Below, piece by piece: positions 38,468 through 47,229 of a stretch of DNA of 60,825 bases; within the stretch, counting starts at the first letter, position 1; each line of letters starts with the position of its first letter. The stretch lies in the IMG/VR virus record IMGVR_UViG_3300016469_000245, positions 1 to 60,825 of that record, one strand, 5' to 3'. The stretch comes from a virus (taxonomy: Duplodnaviria > Caudoviricetes). The translations under genes and the position numbers were made by a program. Under the pieces are notes generated by a model. The model made no database searches, had not been told where the DNA came from, and worked only from the letters and a program-made list of their open reading frames with translations.

Positions 38468-39204
38468 TGTTCAAGCTCGACGATCTCGTCCAGACAAAGA
38501 ACGGCCCGGTCAAACCGACCGGGCTTGCCGTCCCGCGAGAGGATCGCGCGCAAGCGCGCAAGGCCGAACAAGCCGAGTCGCGCCGCCTCTCGAAACAGAT
38601 CGCGACGAAGGTGCGCGCCCGGCTCGTCGCCCAAGAGTTCCTCCGCAACGGACAGGACATCCGCAAGGCTTACTCCGATGTCGTCGGCAAGCCTTCGGCG
38701 AAGCAACAGGCGAGCCAGTTCGTCAAGAACCACTTTGATGTGTTCGTCGATGAGCTTCAACAGGCGATGTCCCACGCCGAAGTGGACAAGGAACAAGTGC
38801 TCGCCCTGCTGTGGGCTCAGGCGCGCACGAGCATCCTCGACTTCTTCAACGACAACGGCGAGGTCATGACCATCGCCGAGATGAAGCGGCTACCTCCGCT
38901 TCTCCGTGCGCTGATCGACGACATCCGCGTGGTCAACGAAGAAGTCGCGCTCACTGACGGCGACGGGAAGATCGTCAAGGGCCCGGACGATCTTCCGTAC
39001 CTCGTGACGAAACAGCGCGTCCACATTAAGCTGGTGGACAAACAGGAAGCGCTTCGCCAGCTCGCGCAGATCATGAAGTGGGTAGGCCCGAACGTGGTCG
39101 TCAACAACAACACAATCAACTACGCCGACGTGCAGGTTGCCGCGGATGCGCGCATCTCTCGCATGAACGCGCTCTACGAGGGCGTCAAGAAGGATGGAGG
39201 CTAA
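38467..39204 (+). CDS. Putative terminase small subunit
   Basis: N-terminal HTH-like EFLRNG..IRKAY; VLALLWAQARTSILDFFNDNG; HIKLVDKQEALRQL. Confidence 0.7.
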   Translation: MFKLDDLVQTKNGPVKPTGLAVPREDRAQARKAEQAESRRLSKQIATKVRARLVAQEFLRNGQDIRKAYSDVVGKPSAKQQASQFVKNHFDVFVDELQQAMSHAEVDKEQVLALLWAQARTSILDFFNDNGEVMTIAEMKRLPPLLRALIDDIRVVNEEVALTDGDGKIVKGPDDLPYLVTKQRVHIKLVDKQEALRQLAQIMKWVGPNVVVNNNTINYADVQVAADARISRMNALYEGVKKDGG

Positions 39205-39625
39205 CGCTTCCATCTACCGATCCAGCTCCATCGAATACGAGCGCGCTCTCTGGCGCCTCGTGAGAGACCAGCACGGCCTGTCGAATCGCGAACTCGGCGA
39301 ACGGCTCGGCCTTGCGAGAAACACCGTCATCGCGCTCACAAGCTGCTCGATGCGCGGCAAGCTGCACCGCATCACATCCGGGCGGTATCCGCTCCAGTTC
39401 TTGCTGGAGAGCTGCCTCCCTCCATCCGTGGTTCAACAAGCGAGGAACGTGCTATGGCAAGGGGCGTCAACAAAGCGATCATTCTCGGAACGGCTGGCTC
39501 CGATCCGGAGGTACGGTACACGGCCAGTGGGAGTGCGATCACAACTGTCAGTCTCGCGACCAACGAGTCGTGGACCGACAAGCAAACCGGCGAGAAGAAA
39601 GAGCGCGCCGAGTGGCACCGCGTGA
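39194..39625 (+). CDS. HTH DNA-binding protein
   Basis: [18 protein letters not shown] and [10 protein letters not shown]; 3' end overlaps ssb. Confidence 0.55.
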   Translation: MEANASIYRSSSIEYERALWRLVRDQHGLSNRELGERLGLARNTVIALTSCSMRGKLHRITSGRYPLQFLLESCLPPSVVQQARNVLWQGASTKRSFSERLAPIRRYGTRPVGVRSQLSVSRPTSRGPTSKPARRKSAPSGTA

Positions 39626-39951
39626 AGTTCTTCGGCAAGCTCGCCGAGATCGTGGGCGAGTACGTGAAGAAGGGGAAACAGCTCTACGTCGAGGGCTCGC
39701 TGCGCACCGAGAAGTGGACCGACAAGGAAGGCGTGGATCGCTACACCACGTACATCGTCGGCAACGAGATGCAGCTCTTGGGAGGCCGCGAGAGCCGCTC
39801 GGGAGGCGATGAGGAAGAGAGCGAGGGGCAGCGCTCGCGTCGGCAGGCTCGCGCTTCTCGCGAGGCTCCTGCGACGACGGGGCCGGCTGCGGAAGAGACC
39901 GGCCAGCCGACGCGCGAAGGGACGTTCGAGGACGACGACATCCCGTTCTGA
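39454..39951 (+). CDS. ssb: Single-stranded DNA-binding protein
   Basis: [41 protein letters not shown]-terminal DDDIPF. Confidence 0.97.
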   Translation: MARGVNKAIILGTAGSDPEVRYTASGSAITTVSLATNESWTDKQTGEKKERAEWHRVKFFGKLAEIVGEYVKKGKQLYVEGSLRTEKWTDKEGVDRYTTYIVGNEMQLLGGRESRSGGDEEESEGQRSRRQARASREAPATTGPAAEETGQPTREGTFEDDDIPF

Positions 39952-39966
39952 GCCCTGAAACAGAAA

Positions 39967-39994
39967 GGCCCCGGTCGATTGCTCGGCCGGGGCC
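39967..39994 (-). terminator. Intrinsic terminator-like hairpin (leftward)
   Basis: GGCCCCGGTCGA-ttgc-TCGGCCGGGGCC followed on the minus strand by TTTCTGTTTC. Confidence 0.55.
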
Positions 39995-40464
39995 CCACCC
40001 CACGCGGCAAGGGAGTCCGCTTGAAGCGAGACCACCTTACCCGGCCCCGGCGATCCGCGTCAACCGTTGACCGGATCGCCGGGGCGACATAGGCTGAAAG
40101 AACAAGGCCCCCGGCGGAACGCTCGGGGGCCCTGATCGGGTGGCTTAGCGGCAGGCCCGATGGCGTAATGTTTGCACAGGCTTTCGCCCTGCGCAACTCA
40201 CCCATCCCGTCGCCACGCACGCCCGCTGGAGAGCGCGGTCGGATGTCAACGGCAGCGCGCTCGCCAGTAAGCGCGAGACTGTGGGATAGGGTCTGAGACA
40301 TCGCGGCGCCCCGTTGCACGCATAGGGCGCGACCCGAACAAGATGCTGCCGGCTACGCCGATGGGGGACGGAAGTCCTGCATCCCGAGCCGAGAGCTTTC
40401 TCGACCGCGCGTCGGGATGCTCTCGGCTTGCCTCCGGGGTCCGGAAGTGAGAGCTGTGATGCTC

Positions 40465-40493
40465 TTGCTCTTGATCTACTGATTCTGTAAGGT
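40465..40493 (+). promoter_or_regulatory. Candidate promoter for the helicase operon
   Basis: TTGCTC, 17 bp, TAAGGT; GGAGG RBS downstream. Confidence 0.5.
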
Positions 40494-40520
40494 TTGCACA
40501 ACCTTGAAGGGGAGGTTGAC

Positions 40521-42056
40521 GTGTATCAGGATCGCGCGTATCAGGCGCAGGCCGCGCTCGAATGCCTCGAAGCGCTGCCCGAGAAGCGTCGCGTGCTGCT
40601 CGTCGCTCCGACGGGCATGGGGAAGACGGTCATCGCGACGCGCATCATCTCCGCGCTGCGCGAGCGGAATCAGAATGTCCTCTTGCTCGCGCATCGTCGT
40701 GAGCTGATCGACCAAGCCCACGCCCGTCTGCACGAAGCGCTCATCCCTTCCGGGATCATCATGGCCGGGCGCTATCCGTCGCTGCACCTGCCCGTGCAGG
40801 TTGCCAGCATCGACACGCTCCGCTCGTGGGCGAAGCGCGGGTTCATCTCCATCGGCAAGACATCGGCCTCGTGGATGCCGAACGTCGTCATCGTGGACGA
40901 AGCGCACCGCGCCGTCTCGAAGGGATATGCCGAGCTGCTGGACCGTCTTGCGGATCAGGGCGCCACCATCCTCGGCATGACCGCGACGCCGATCCGCGCC
41001 GACGGCGTGGGACTGGCGAAGCAATTCGCGCACATGGTGCAGACACCCTCGATCCTGTGGGGTATGCAGAACGGATTCCTTGTGCCGCGCGTGGACTACT
41101 ACGTGCCGTTCGTGCCGAAGCTCGAAGGCGTGAAGATTCGCGGCGGCGACTACGACGAGCAACAGATTGCCGAGATAATGGACCAGCGGCATCTCGTCGG
41201 CGATCTCGTGGAGAATTGGGTTCGGCACGCACGCGGCCGACAAACCATCGTCTTTTGCTCTGGCGTGCAACACGCGATCCACGTCGCCGAAGCGTTCAAC
41301 GCGGCCGGCTACCCGTTCGGCCATATCAACGGCGAGACGCCGACCAAGCACCGCGACGACATCCTCACGGCGTTCCGTCGTGGCGAGCTGGTAGGACTCA
41401 CGAACGATTCGGTCTTCATCGAAGGCACCGACGTTCCGAACGTGAGCTGCGTTGCGATGGCTCGTCCGACGCGCTCGCTCGGCCGCTACCTGCAAATGAT
41501 CGGCCGCGGTCTCCGCCCGGTCGAGGGCAAGTCCTCGTGCGTCGTGCTCGATCACTCGGGATCGTTCTACCAGAACGGCCGCGTGGATCGCGACTTCCAT
41601 TGGAAGCTGCGTGAGGGCAAAGAGCTGGTCGAGGAAGCGAAGGCGGCGCGGAAGAAAGAGCCAGTCGAGTTCACCTGCCGCGAGTGCGCGTTCGTGTTCT
41701 CTGGCCGCGTCGTGTGCCCGATGTGCGGAACCCGCATCGAGAAGACGGGCAAGTTCGCGGAGTACCTCGATGCCGAGCTGGTGCAGCTCACAGTCGAGTC
41801 GCTGGAGAAGCGGAAGCCCGGCGTCAAGGCGAAGGCTCAGTTCTACGCCGAGCTGCTCGGCTACGCCCGCAAGAACCGCAAGACCTTCCGCTGGTGCGCT
41901 GGAATCTACAAGGCGAAGTGGAAGGAATGGCCCCCGTTCTCGTGGCGCACGATGGTCCCGGTCGAACCGAGCCCTGAAGTGTGCGCCTACGTGATCTCCC
42001 GCGGCATCGCCTTCGCCGCCCGCCAAGCCAAGGAACGCCGCCTTGCAGCACCCTAA
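40521..42056 (+). CDS. SF2 DEAH helicase with C-terminal Zn finger (RadD/YejH-like)
   Basis: RAYQ Q-motif, APTGMGKT, IVDEAH, GMTATP, EGTDVP, QMIGRGLR, CREC..CPMC. Confidence 0.93.
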   Translation: MYQDRAYQAQAALECLEALPEKRRVLLVAPTGMGKTVIATRIISALRERNQNVLLLAHRRELIDQAHARLHEALIPSGIIMAGRYPSLHLPVQVASIDTLRSWAKRGFISIGKTSASWMPNVVIVDEAHRAVSKGYAELLDRLADQGATILGMTATPIRADGVGLAKQFAHMVQTPSILWGMQNGFLVPRVDYYVPFVPKLEGVKIRGGDYDEQQIAEIMDQRHLVGDLVENWVRHARGRQTIVFCSGVQHAIHVAEAFNAAGYPFGHINGETPTKHRDDILTAFRRGELVGLTNDSVFIEGTDVPNVSCVAMARPTRSLGRYLQMIGRGLRPVEGKSSCVVLDHSGSFYQNGRVDRDFHWKLREGKELVEEAKAARKKEPVEFTCRECAFVFSGRVVCPMCGTRIEKTGKFAEYLDAELVQLTVESLEKRKPGVKAKAQFYAELLGYARKNRKTFRWCAGIYKAKWKEWPPFSWRTMVPVEPSPEVCAYVISRGIAFAARQAKERRLAAP

Positions 42057-42510
42057 CCTCGAAGTGTTCCTCGGCAAGCTGGACGGCGTGCGCAAGTTCG
42101 GGCGCGACTACCGTGCCCGGTGCCCGCACCACGACAGTCGCCGCAAGGACGCGCTCGTCATCACCGACAAGGGCGATGGGCGCATCCTCCTGAAGTGCTT
42201 TGCCGGCTGCTCGGCGAGCGATGTCGTCGGCGCCGTGGGGATGAAGCTCACGGACCTGATGCCGCCGCGCCCCGAGACCTACAACGCCGAGCAACGCGAT
42301 GACCTGAAGCGCCAGATCACGATGGCCGAATGGGGCGCCGCGCTCGCTGTGATCGACGACGAGAGCGATGTCATCGCGATCCTCGCCGACAAGCTGTCCA
42401 GAGGCCACGCGCTGACCGAAGGCGACACCGCTCGACTGGCGAAGGCGAAGACCCGAATCAACGAAGCGAGGATGAGCCTCCGTGCAAAGCGACAAGCCGA
42501 AACCCGATGA
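42043..42510 (+). CDS. Primase-type CHC2 zinc-binding domain protein without catalytic domain
   Basis: YRARCPHHD...ILLKCFAGC; only 155 aa. Confidence 0.8.
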   Translation: MQHPNLEVFLGKLDGVRKFGRDYRARCPHHDSRRKDALVITDKGDGRILLKCFAGCSASDVVGAVGMKLTDLMPPRPETYNAEQRDDLKRQITMAEWGAALAVIDDESDVIAILADKLSRGHALTEGDTARLAKAKTRINEARMSLRAKRQAETR

Positions 42511-42649
42511 GCTGAAAGACCTGTTCGAGACCTACTTCCCGGAGCTGGTGCCGACGCTGAAGGCGCTCGGCAAGAAGGAAGGCGGACCCGGATTCCGTGT
42601 CGTCGCAATCGACACCCCGACAACGAAGTGGAGAGACCCGAATGCGTAA
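42482..42649 (+). CDS. Small hypothetical protein (not in ORF track)
   Basis: GAGG RBS; MQSDKPKPDELKDLFETYFPEL...RDPNA, 55 aa. Confidence 0.45.
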   Translation: MQSDKPKPDELKDLFETYFPELVPTLKALGKKEGGPGFRVVAIDTPTTKWRDPNA

Positions 42650-43085
42650 GTTCATTGCGTTCTACGAAGGCGAGCTGATGAGTCCGATCACCTTCGACTC
42701 GCCGCGCGCTGCGGCCGAGTCGGTATCGACTCGCCCCGCACAAGTGCAGTCCATCGCGTCCGACGGCTCACGATACATCGACGAGCTGGCGAGCCTCACT
42801 GCGCCGATTGTCGTGTGCGAAGTGCGCTCGCCTTTTCTGTCCGACTTCTTCGATCCGGGCGACTTGATCTCTTCGCTGCGCGGCGTGATGCTGCACAAGA
42901 TCGGCAACGACGATGCGCTGTCCAGCGTTGAAGAGCCGCTGCTGAACGACATCGTGACGCGCTTCGACGACGTGCTCGATTCCATAGCTGAGGCGCACGG
43001 CATTCGCATCGACGGCCTCATCGTCGTGAAGAAGTGGATCGTGCGCCGGGAGAAACTCGATGGATTCGACTTCGATCAAGCCTGA
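42642..43085 (+). CDS. Hypothetical protein
   Basis: GGAG RBS before ATG 42642. Confidence 0.6.
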   Translation: MRKFIAFYEGELMSPITFDSPRAAAESVSTRPAQVQSIASDGSRYIDELASLTAPIVVCEVRSPFLSDFFDPGDLISSLRGVMLHKIGNDDALSSVEEPLLNDIVTRFDDVLDSIAEAHGIRIDGLIVVKKWIVRREKLDGFDFDQA

Positions 43086-43728
43086 AGAAGTCGCCTACTA
43101 CGGCACGTTTCGGCTTTACAACGCCGAGAGTTCGCACGCCAAGGGATACCGAGTCGAGTTCCAGCTCGGCTCGGAGGATGACTACCGCACCTTCAAGGCG
43201 CTCACGAAGCGGCGGAAAGGCAAGGCGGGAATCCTGTTCCGCTGCTACCTGATGGAGCGCGACTCGACGATTGCGGAGTTCGAGGGCGAGTTCGCGGGAT
43301 GGGGCGTGTCGAATCAGCTCGGCGCGAAGGTCCGGTTCAACCTGTCCAGCGAGACCGCGTTCAATGCGTTCCGGGAGCTGCCTGCGCTGGCATCGAGCGA
43401 CAAGCCCGCCGAGTGGAACGTCGTGCTGGTCGAGATCGCGGACACTGGCGAGGTCGTGAACCAAGCGAAGCGCGAGACGGTCGAGACGCTCCGCGGTGGC
43501 CCTGTCTCACAGCACGCCGGCAAGCTCTGCGCGGACAAGCTCTTCCAGCAGTACGTCCGGTCCGCGGCCGGACTCGACAAGATCGCTACCCCGGACGAGT
43601 GCGCCGAGTTCATTCGGGAGAAGTGCCGCATCGAGAGCCGGCGCGAGCTGGACCACGACACGGCCGCGCGCGAGCGCTATCACCGATGGGTCACGAAGCC
43701 CTTCGCTATCTGGTCGGAGGGGCGGTGA
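43060..43728 (+). CDS. Conserved phage hypothetical protein
   Basis: C-terminal AGKLCAD..FQ...CRIESRRELD motif. Confidence 0.65.
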   Translation: MDSTSIKPEEVAYYGTFRLYNAESSHAKGYRVEFQLGSEDDYRTFKALTKRRKGKAGILFRCYLMERDSTIAEFEGEFAGWGVSNQLGAKVRFNLSSETAFNAFRELPALASSDKPAEWNVVLVEIADTGEVVNQAKRETVETLRGGPVSQHAGKLCADKLFQQYVRSAAGLDKIATPDECAEFIREKCRIESRRELDHDTAARERYHRWVTKPFAIWSEGR

Positions 43729-44069
43729 AGATCGCGAAGCACCATCTCAACTGCCGGCTCAACGGCTGCATCATCACTGAGCGACCGAACCCCACGCTGC
43801 ATCACGTCCACGGCGGCAGCATGACGGAGTTCGGCGTGAGCCGTGGCGGAGCGCAGCGCACGAGCGACTGGCTTGTGATCCCGCTCGATGCGGACCTTCA
43901 CGTCGGCAAGAACGGGATCGACTACGGGGTCGGCGTGCTGTCGTGGGAGCGCCAGTGGGGAACGCAGCTCTACTGGCTGACCGAGCTGTGCCGTGCGCTC
44001 GGCTACGACGTGTTCGCGCTCGCCGGCCTGAAGCACCCCGGCGAAGTCCCGAAGTACCCTCTTGCATGA
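43725..44069 (+). CDS. Ref/DUF968-like HNH-type nuclease
   Basis: GCIIT...LHHVHGG...DWLVIPL...H...WERQWGTQ. Confidence 0.65.
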   Translation: MKIAKHHLNCRLNGCIITERPNPTLHHVHGGSMTEFGVSRGGAQRTSDWLVIPLDADLHVGKNGIDYGVGVLSWERQWGTQLYWLTELCRALGYDVFALAGLKHPGEVPKYPLA

Positions 44070-44116
44070 CTTCGCAGGTTGTGCAAACATTACATCACCA
44101 CAAGGGAGACCGATCC

Positions 44117-45073
44117 ATGCCACGCAAGCCCGCCGCCACGAAGTCCGCCACGCCCGCCCCGAACTTCACGCTCGCCTACACGCCGGGCACGCGCCGCCGC
44201 TTCAAGGTCGCCGGCCCGCTCGACTTCGACGCCGAGACGCGCTACGCGACGCAGCTCATCTTGAACAACGACACGCTCTTGAAGGCAGCGAACGAGAACC
44301 CGGAGAGCCTCGCGAATGCGTTGCTCGATGCCGCCAAGATGAACCTGTCGCTGTCGCCAGCCATCGGCCACGGCTATCTCGTGCCTCGCCGCGTGAACAA
44401 CGTGTGGCACGTCTTCTTCGTTCCAAGCTACCGTGGCCTCGAAGCGATGGTCCTGCGGTCGGGATTGATCTTGATGATCCAGAGCGATCTCGTGTTCTCG
44501 AACGACACCTTCCGCCAGTGGACCGACAGCACGGGCAAGCACATCCACCACGAGCACGCGCGCGGCGACCGCGGAAACTTCGAGGGCGCGTACACCATCG
44601 CGTTCTTCGTGAACGGCAAGAACCACGTCGAGTTCATGCCTGCGAAGGATGTCGAGGCTGCTGCCGAGCAAGCCAAGCGCATGAACCAAGGGCAGCTCCC
44701 GCCGTCGTGGCGGTTCTGGCCTGATGAGATGCGCAAGAAGTGCTCCGTGCGCCGCGGCTGGAAGCACTGGCCCCACGACGCCGCGATTGCGACCGCGATG
44801 GAAGCCATCGCCCGCGTCGAGCCGATGGACTTCGACGCCATGCCGGAGCCCGAACCGGAGGGCGAGCTGGTTTCCCCGGAGACCCTGACTGCCATCGCCA
44901 ACGAGCTGACCGAAGTTCCCGAGTCGCAGCGCGGCATCTGGATCGAGCGCGGTGCGCAGGCGATGGGCGTCCTGAAAGCTGCCGATCTCCCGGCGGACAA
45001 GGCCGACGAGCTGAAAACCCGGCTGATCGCTCGCATGAAGCTGGTCGCCGAGCGCAAGGGGGCCGCGTCGTGA
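44117..45073 (+). CDS. recT: RecT-family ssDNA annealing recombinase
   Basis: LSLSPAIGHGYLVPR, SYRGL...LRSG, GAY, W..WPDEMRKKCSVRR..KHWP. Confidence 0.9.
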   Translation: MPRKPAATKSATPAPNFTLAYTPGTRRRFKVAGPLDFDAETRYATQLILNNDTLLKAANENPESLANALLDAAKMNLSLSPAIGHGYLVPRRVNNVWHVFFVPSYRGLEAMVLRSGLILMIQSDLVFSNDTFRQWTDSTGKHIHHEHARGDRGNFEGAYTIAFFVNGKNHVEFMPAKDVEAAAEQAKRMNQGQLPPSWRFWPDEMRKKCSVRRGWKHWPHDAAIATAMEAIARVEPMDFDAMPEPEPEGELVSPETLTAIANELTEVPESQRGIWIERGAQAMGVLKAADLPADKADELKTRLIARMKLVAERKGAAS

Positions 45074-45366
45074 GCACCGGACTGGACTTCCTGATCGCCG
45101 TCAACGAAGCGCAAGGCGACGCGCTGGTCCGCACCGCGTTCGCCATGCACGAAGAGGCGACCATCTTCCGCACCGTGGCGTGGGCCCTGCGGTCGCACCG
45201 CACGCAAGACGACATGAACCGGCGCTTTTTCGCGGACTCGTTCTTCACCTACTACGACGCGATGAGCGACGCACACAAGGCTGTCGTCGCGGACAAGCTC
45301 TCGAAGGAAGGCTACGCGCTGCCGGAGCGCCCGGCGAAGAAGGGGGATTCGAATGGACAGGCATGA
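45070..45366 (+). CDS. Hypothetical protein
   Basis: GTGA overlap start VSTGLDFL. Confidence 0.55.
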   Translation: MSTGLDFLIAVNEAQGDALVRTAFAMHEEATIFRTVAWALRSHRTQDDMNRRFFADSFFTYYDAMSDAHKAVVADKLSKEGYALPERPAKKGDSNGQA

Positions 45367-46036
45367 GCACGCCGCGCGCCGCTCCGGGCGTGTGACCGCA
45401 AGCATCGCGCGCGAGATCATCCGGCGCACCGGAACGCCGGAAGCGAACCACAAGGTGTGGGAGCGCATCGCACGCACGCTGTGGCTCGCCGATAACTCCG
45501 ACTTCACCGTCGAGACCACTGGCGCCCGAGCCCACGGCCACCGTGTCGAGCCGATCACCATCGCCCACCTGTGGGAGCGGCACCCGGAGATGGAGGTCGA
45601 GGCCGCGCCGTTCATCGAGGGCGAGAAGATCGACCTGTCCCACGTACCGGAGCTGGTGCCCTACGCGCACTTCCTCGGCTGCTCGCCGGATGCTCTCGGC
45701 TTGCAGGACGGGCGGATCATCGCCGGGATCGAAGCGAAGAGCCCGGTCGTCGAGTCCGTGTTCACGGACTATGCGAGCTGGTGCAGTCGCGGTGAGGTTC
45801 CGCCCGAGCACAAGGATCAGGTTTTCTTCTCGATGCTGCTGCTGAAGCGCGACTGGTTCTTCGTGGCGCAGCACGCCGGGAAATACTGCGAGGCGTTCGC
45901 CGCGTACAGCAGCCCGGCGTTCCGCATGTGGCGAGCGATGGCCGTGCCGCAGCTCGTCGCCTTCCTGAAGTTCTACGCGGATGGCGAAGTGACCGAGAAG
46001 ACCAAGCTCTCGAAGTCGATCATCGACGCGATCTAA
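45353..46036 (+). CDS. YqaJ/lambda-exonuclease family protein
   Basis: RRSGRVTAS, HGHRVEP, LGCSPDAL, IEAKSP, HKDQV. Confidence 0.85.
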   Translation: MDRHEHAARRSGRVTASIAREIIRRTGTPEANHKVWERIARTLWLADNSDFTVETTGARAHGHRVEPITIAHLWERHPEMEVEAAPFIEGEKIDLSHVPELVPYAHFLGCSPDALGLQDGRIIAGIEAKSPVVESVFTDYASWCSRGEVPPEHKDQVFFSMLLLKRDWFFVAQHAGKYCEAFAAYSSPAFRMWRAMAVPQLVAFLKFYADGEVTEKTKLSKSIIDAI

Positions 46037-46040
46037 CCAC

Positions 46041-46069
46041 TAGACAACCCTTCCCGAACCTGCAAACAT
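46041..46069 (+). promoter_or_regulatory. Candidate promoter
   Basis: TAGACA, 17 bp, AAACAT with extended -10 TG; same spacing at 44062-44090 (TTGCAT, 17 bp, AAACAT). Confidence 0.5.
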
Positions 46070-46086
46070 ACACGCGCGAGGACAAC

Positions 46087-46704
46087 ATGACTGACACTGC
46101 GAACAAACCGACCGGGCTCGCTGCGACGAACCCCGACCTGATCTCGACGATCACCACGCTCTGTGAGAAGGGCGCCGGCATCGTGCCGAACGTCACCGTC
46201 GAGAACGTGAGCCGAGCGGCCGAGCTTCTGGCGCGCGTGCGCGAAGCGGCGAAAGCTCTCGATGCTGCGCACAAGGAAGCGGTGGCCGAGCTGAAGCGCC
46301 AGCTCGCGCCCTTCGACAGCCAGAAGAAGTCGAGCGTCGCTTCTCTCGAAGCCATCGACGATGCCCTGTCCGATGCGATCCTGAAGCTCTACGCCGACAC
46401 CGAGATCGGCAAGCGACTGGAGGGCGTGCTTGGCTCGACGATCTCCATCGCCGAGCGGCACGATCTCGCGCTCGAAGAAGACTTCATCCAGATTCAGTCG
46501 GTTCCTACCGGCTACGGCAATCTCACCAGCGTCACGTTCCCATTCGACGCGAAGTTCCTGCACTCGCCGGTCGATATGGTCAACAAGAAGGCTCTCTTCG
46601 ATTCGGCGAAGCGGGAGCTGGAGATCACCGGCAAGCTGCCCGGCTACGTGAAGCGCAAGACCACGCGCTACATCACGACGCGCGCGCTGGAGATCGTCGG
46701 GTGA
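46087..46704 (+). CDS. Coiled-coil protein, Gam/Gp157-like
   Basis: N-terminal coiled coil; C-terminal VNKKAL...GKLPG; next to recombination genes. Confidence 0.45.
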   Translation: MTDTANKPTGLAATNPDLISTITTLCEKGAGIVPNVTVENVSRAAELLARVREAAKALDAAHKEAVAELKRQLAPFDSQKKSSVASLEAIDDALSDAILKLYADTEIGKRLEGVLGSTISIAERHDLALEEDFIQIQSVPTGYGNLTSVTFPFDAKFLHSPVDMVNKKALFDSAKRELEITGKLPGYVKRKTTRYITTRALEIVG

Positions 46705-47108
46705 AGGTCCGTCTCTTCATCCTCTCGGTTCTGGCGCGCGTGCTCGGCGTGCGCCTGCAATTCCACGTCCGCTTCCTGCGGAACGATTACCGTCGTGCCG
46801 AGTACGATGGTGCCCTTCTATTTAGCAGCGGCGACGCCTTTGCGGCGGCACGTGCTGCGCGCGAGGTTGCGGAGAAAGAGCATGGCAAAGGCAAAGTCTT
46901 CATCGCGATCCACGGGCGGATCGCAGCCGAAAGCACGGGAGCAACCCGCGGAATACATGCGCCTGTACCGGGATCGGATTCTGGTCGATCCGAAGGCGCG
47001 TCTTCGCCTGAAGCTGAAGATGCTGAAGGACGAGGAAGTGAAGCATCTGGAGGAACTGGCGGACAAGTGGATCGCCGCGAGGGCGAGCAACACCCGCTGA
47101 TTCCCTAG
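46701..47108 (+). CDS. Hypothetical protein
   Basis: GTGA overlap start; 3' half overlaps a second ORF. Confidence 0.45.
   Translation: MKVRLFILSVLARVLGVRLQFHVRFLRNDYRRAEYDGALLFSSGDAFAAARAAREVAEKEHGKGKVFIAIHGRIAAESTGATRGIHAPVPGSDSGRSEGASSPEAEDAEGRGSEASGGTGGQVDRREGEQHPLIP
46882..47100 (+). CDS. Small basic hypothetical protein
   Basis: GGAG RBS before ATG 46882 (MAKAKSSS). Confidence 0.5.
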   Translation: MAKAKSSSRSTGGSQPKAREQPAEYMRLYRDRILVDPKARLRLKLKMLKDEEVKHLEELADKWIAARASNTR

Positions 47109-47229
47109 AAACCCTGCCTCTCTCGACGATGTTGTCCCCGCAGAGCGGGGGCAGTCACGGGCAGCGGCTCCGGCACGGAGAGAAGGGCCGGAGCTTCTTC
47201 AACCAACCACCACCACAAGCGAGGATCAC

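Noticed and set aside
40534-40543. GCGCGTATCA copy at the helicase start
   Set aside because: It encodes the conserved R-A-Y-Q helicase Q-motif, so protein constraint explains it
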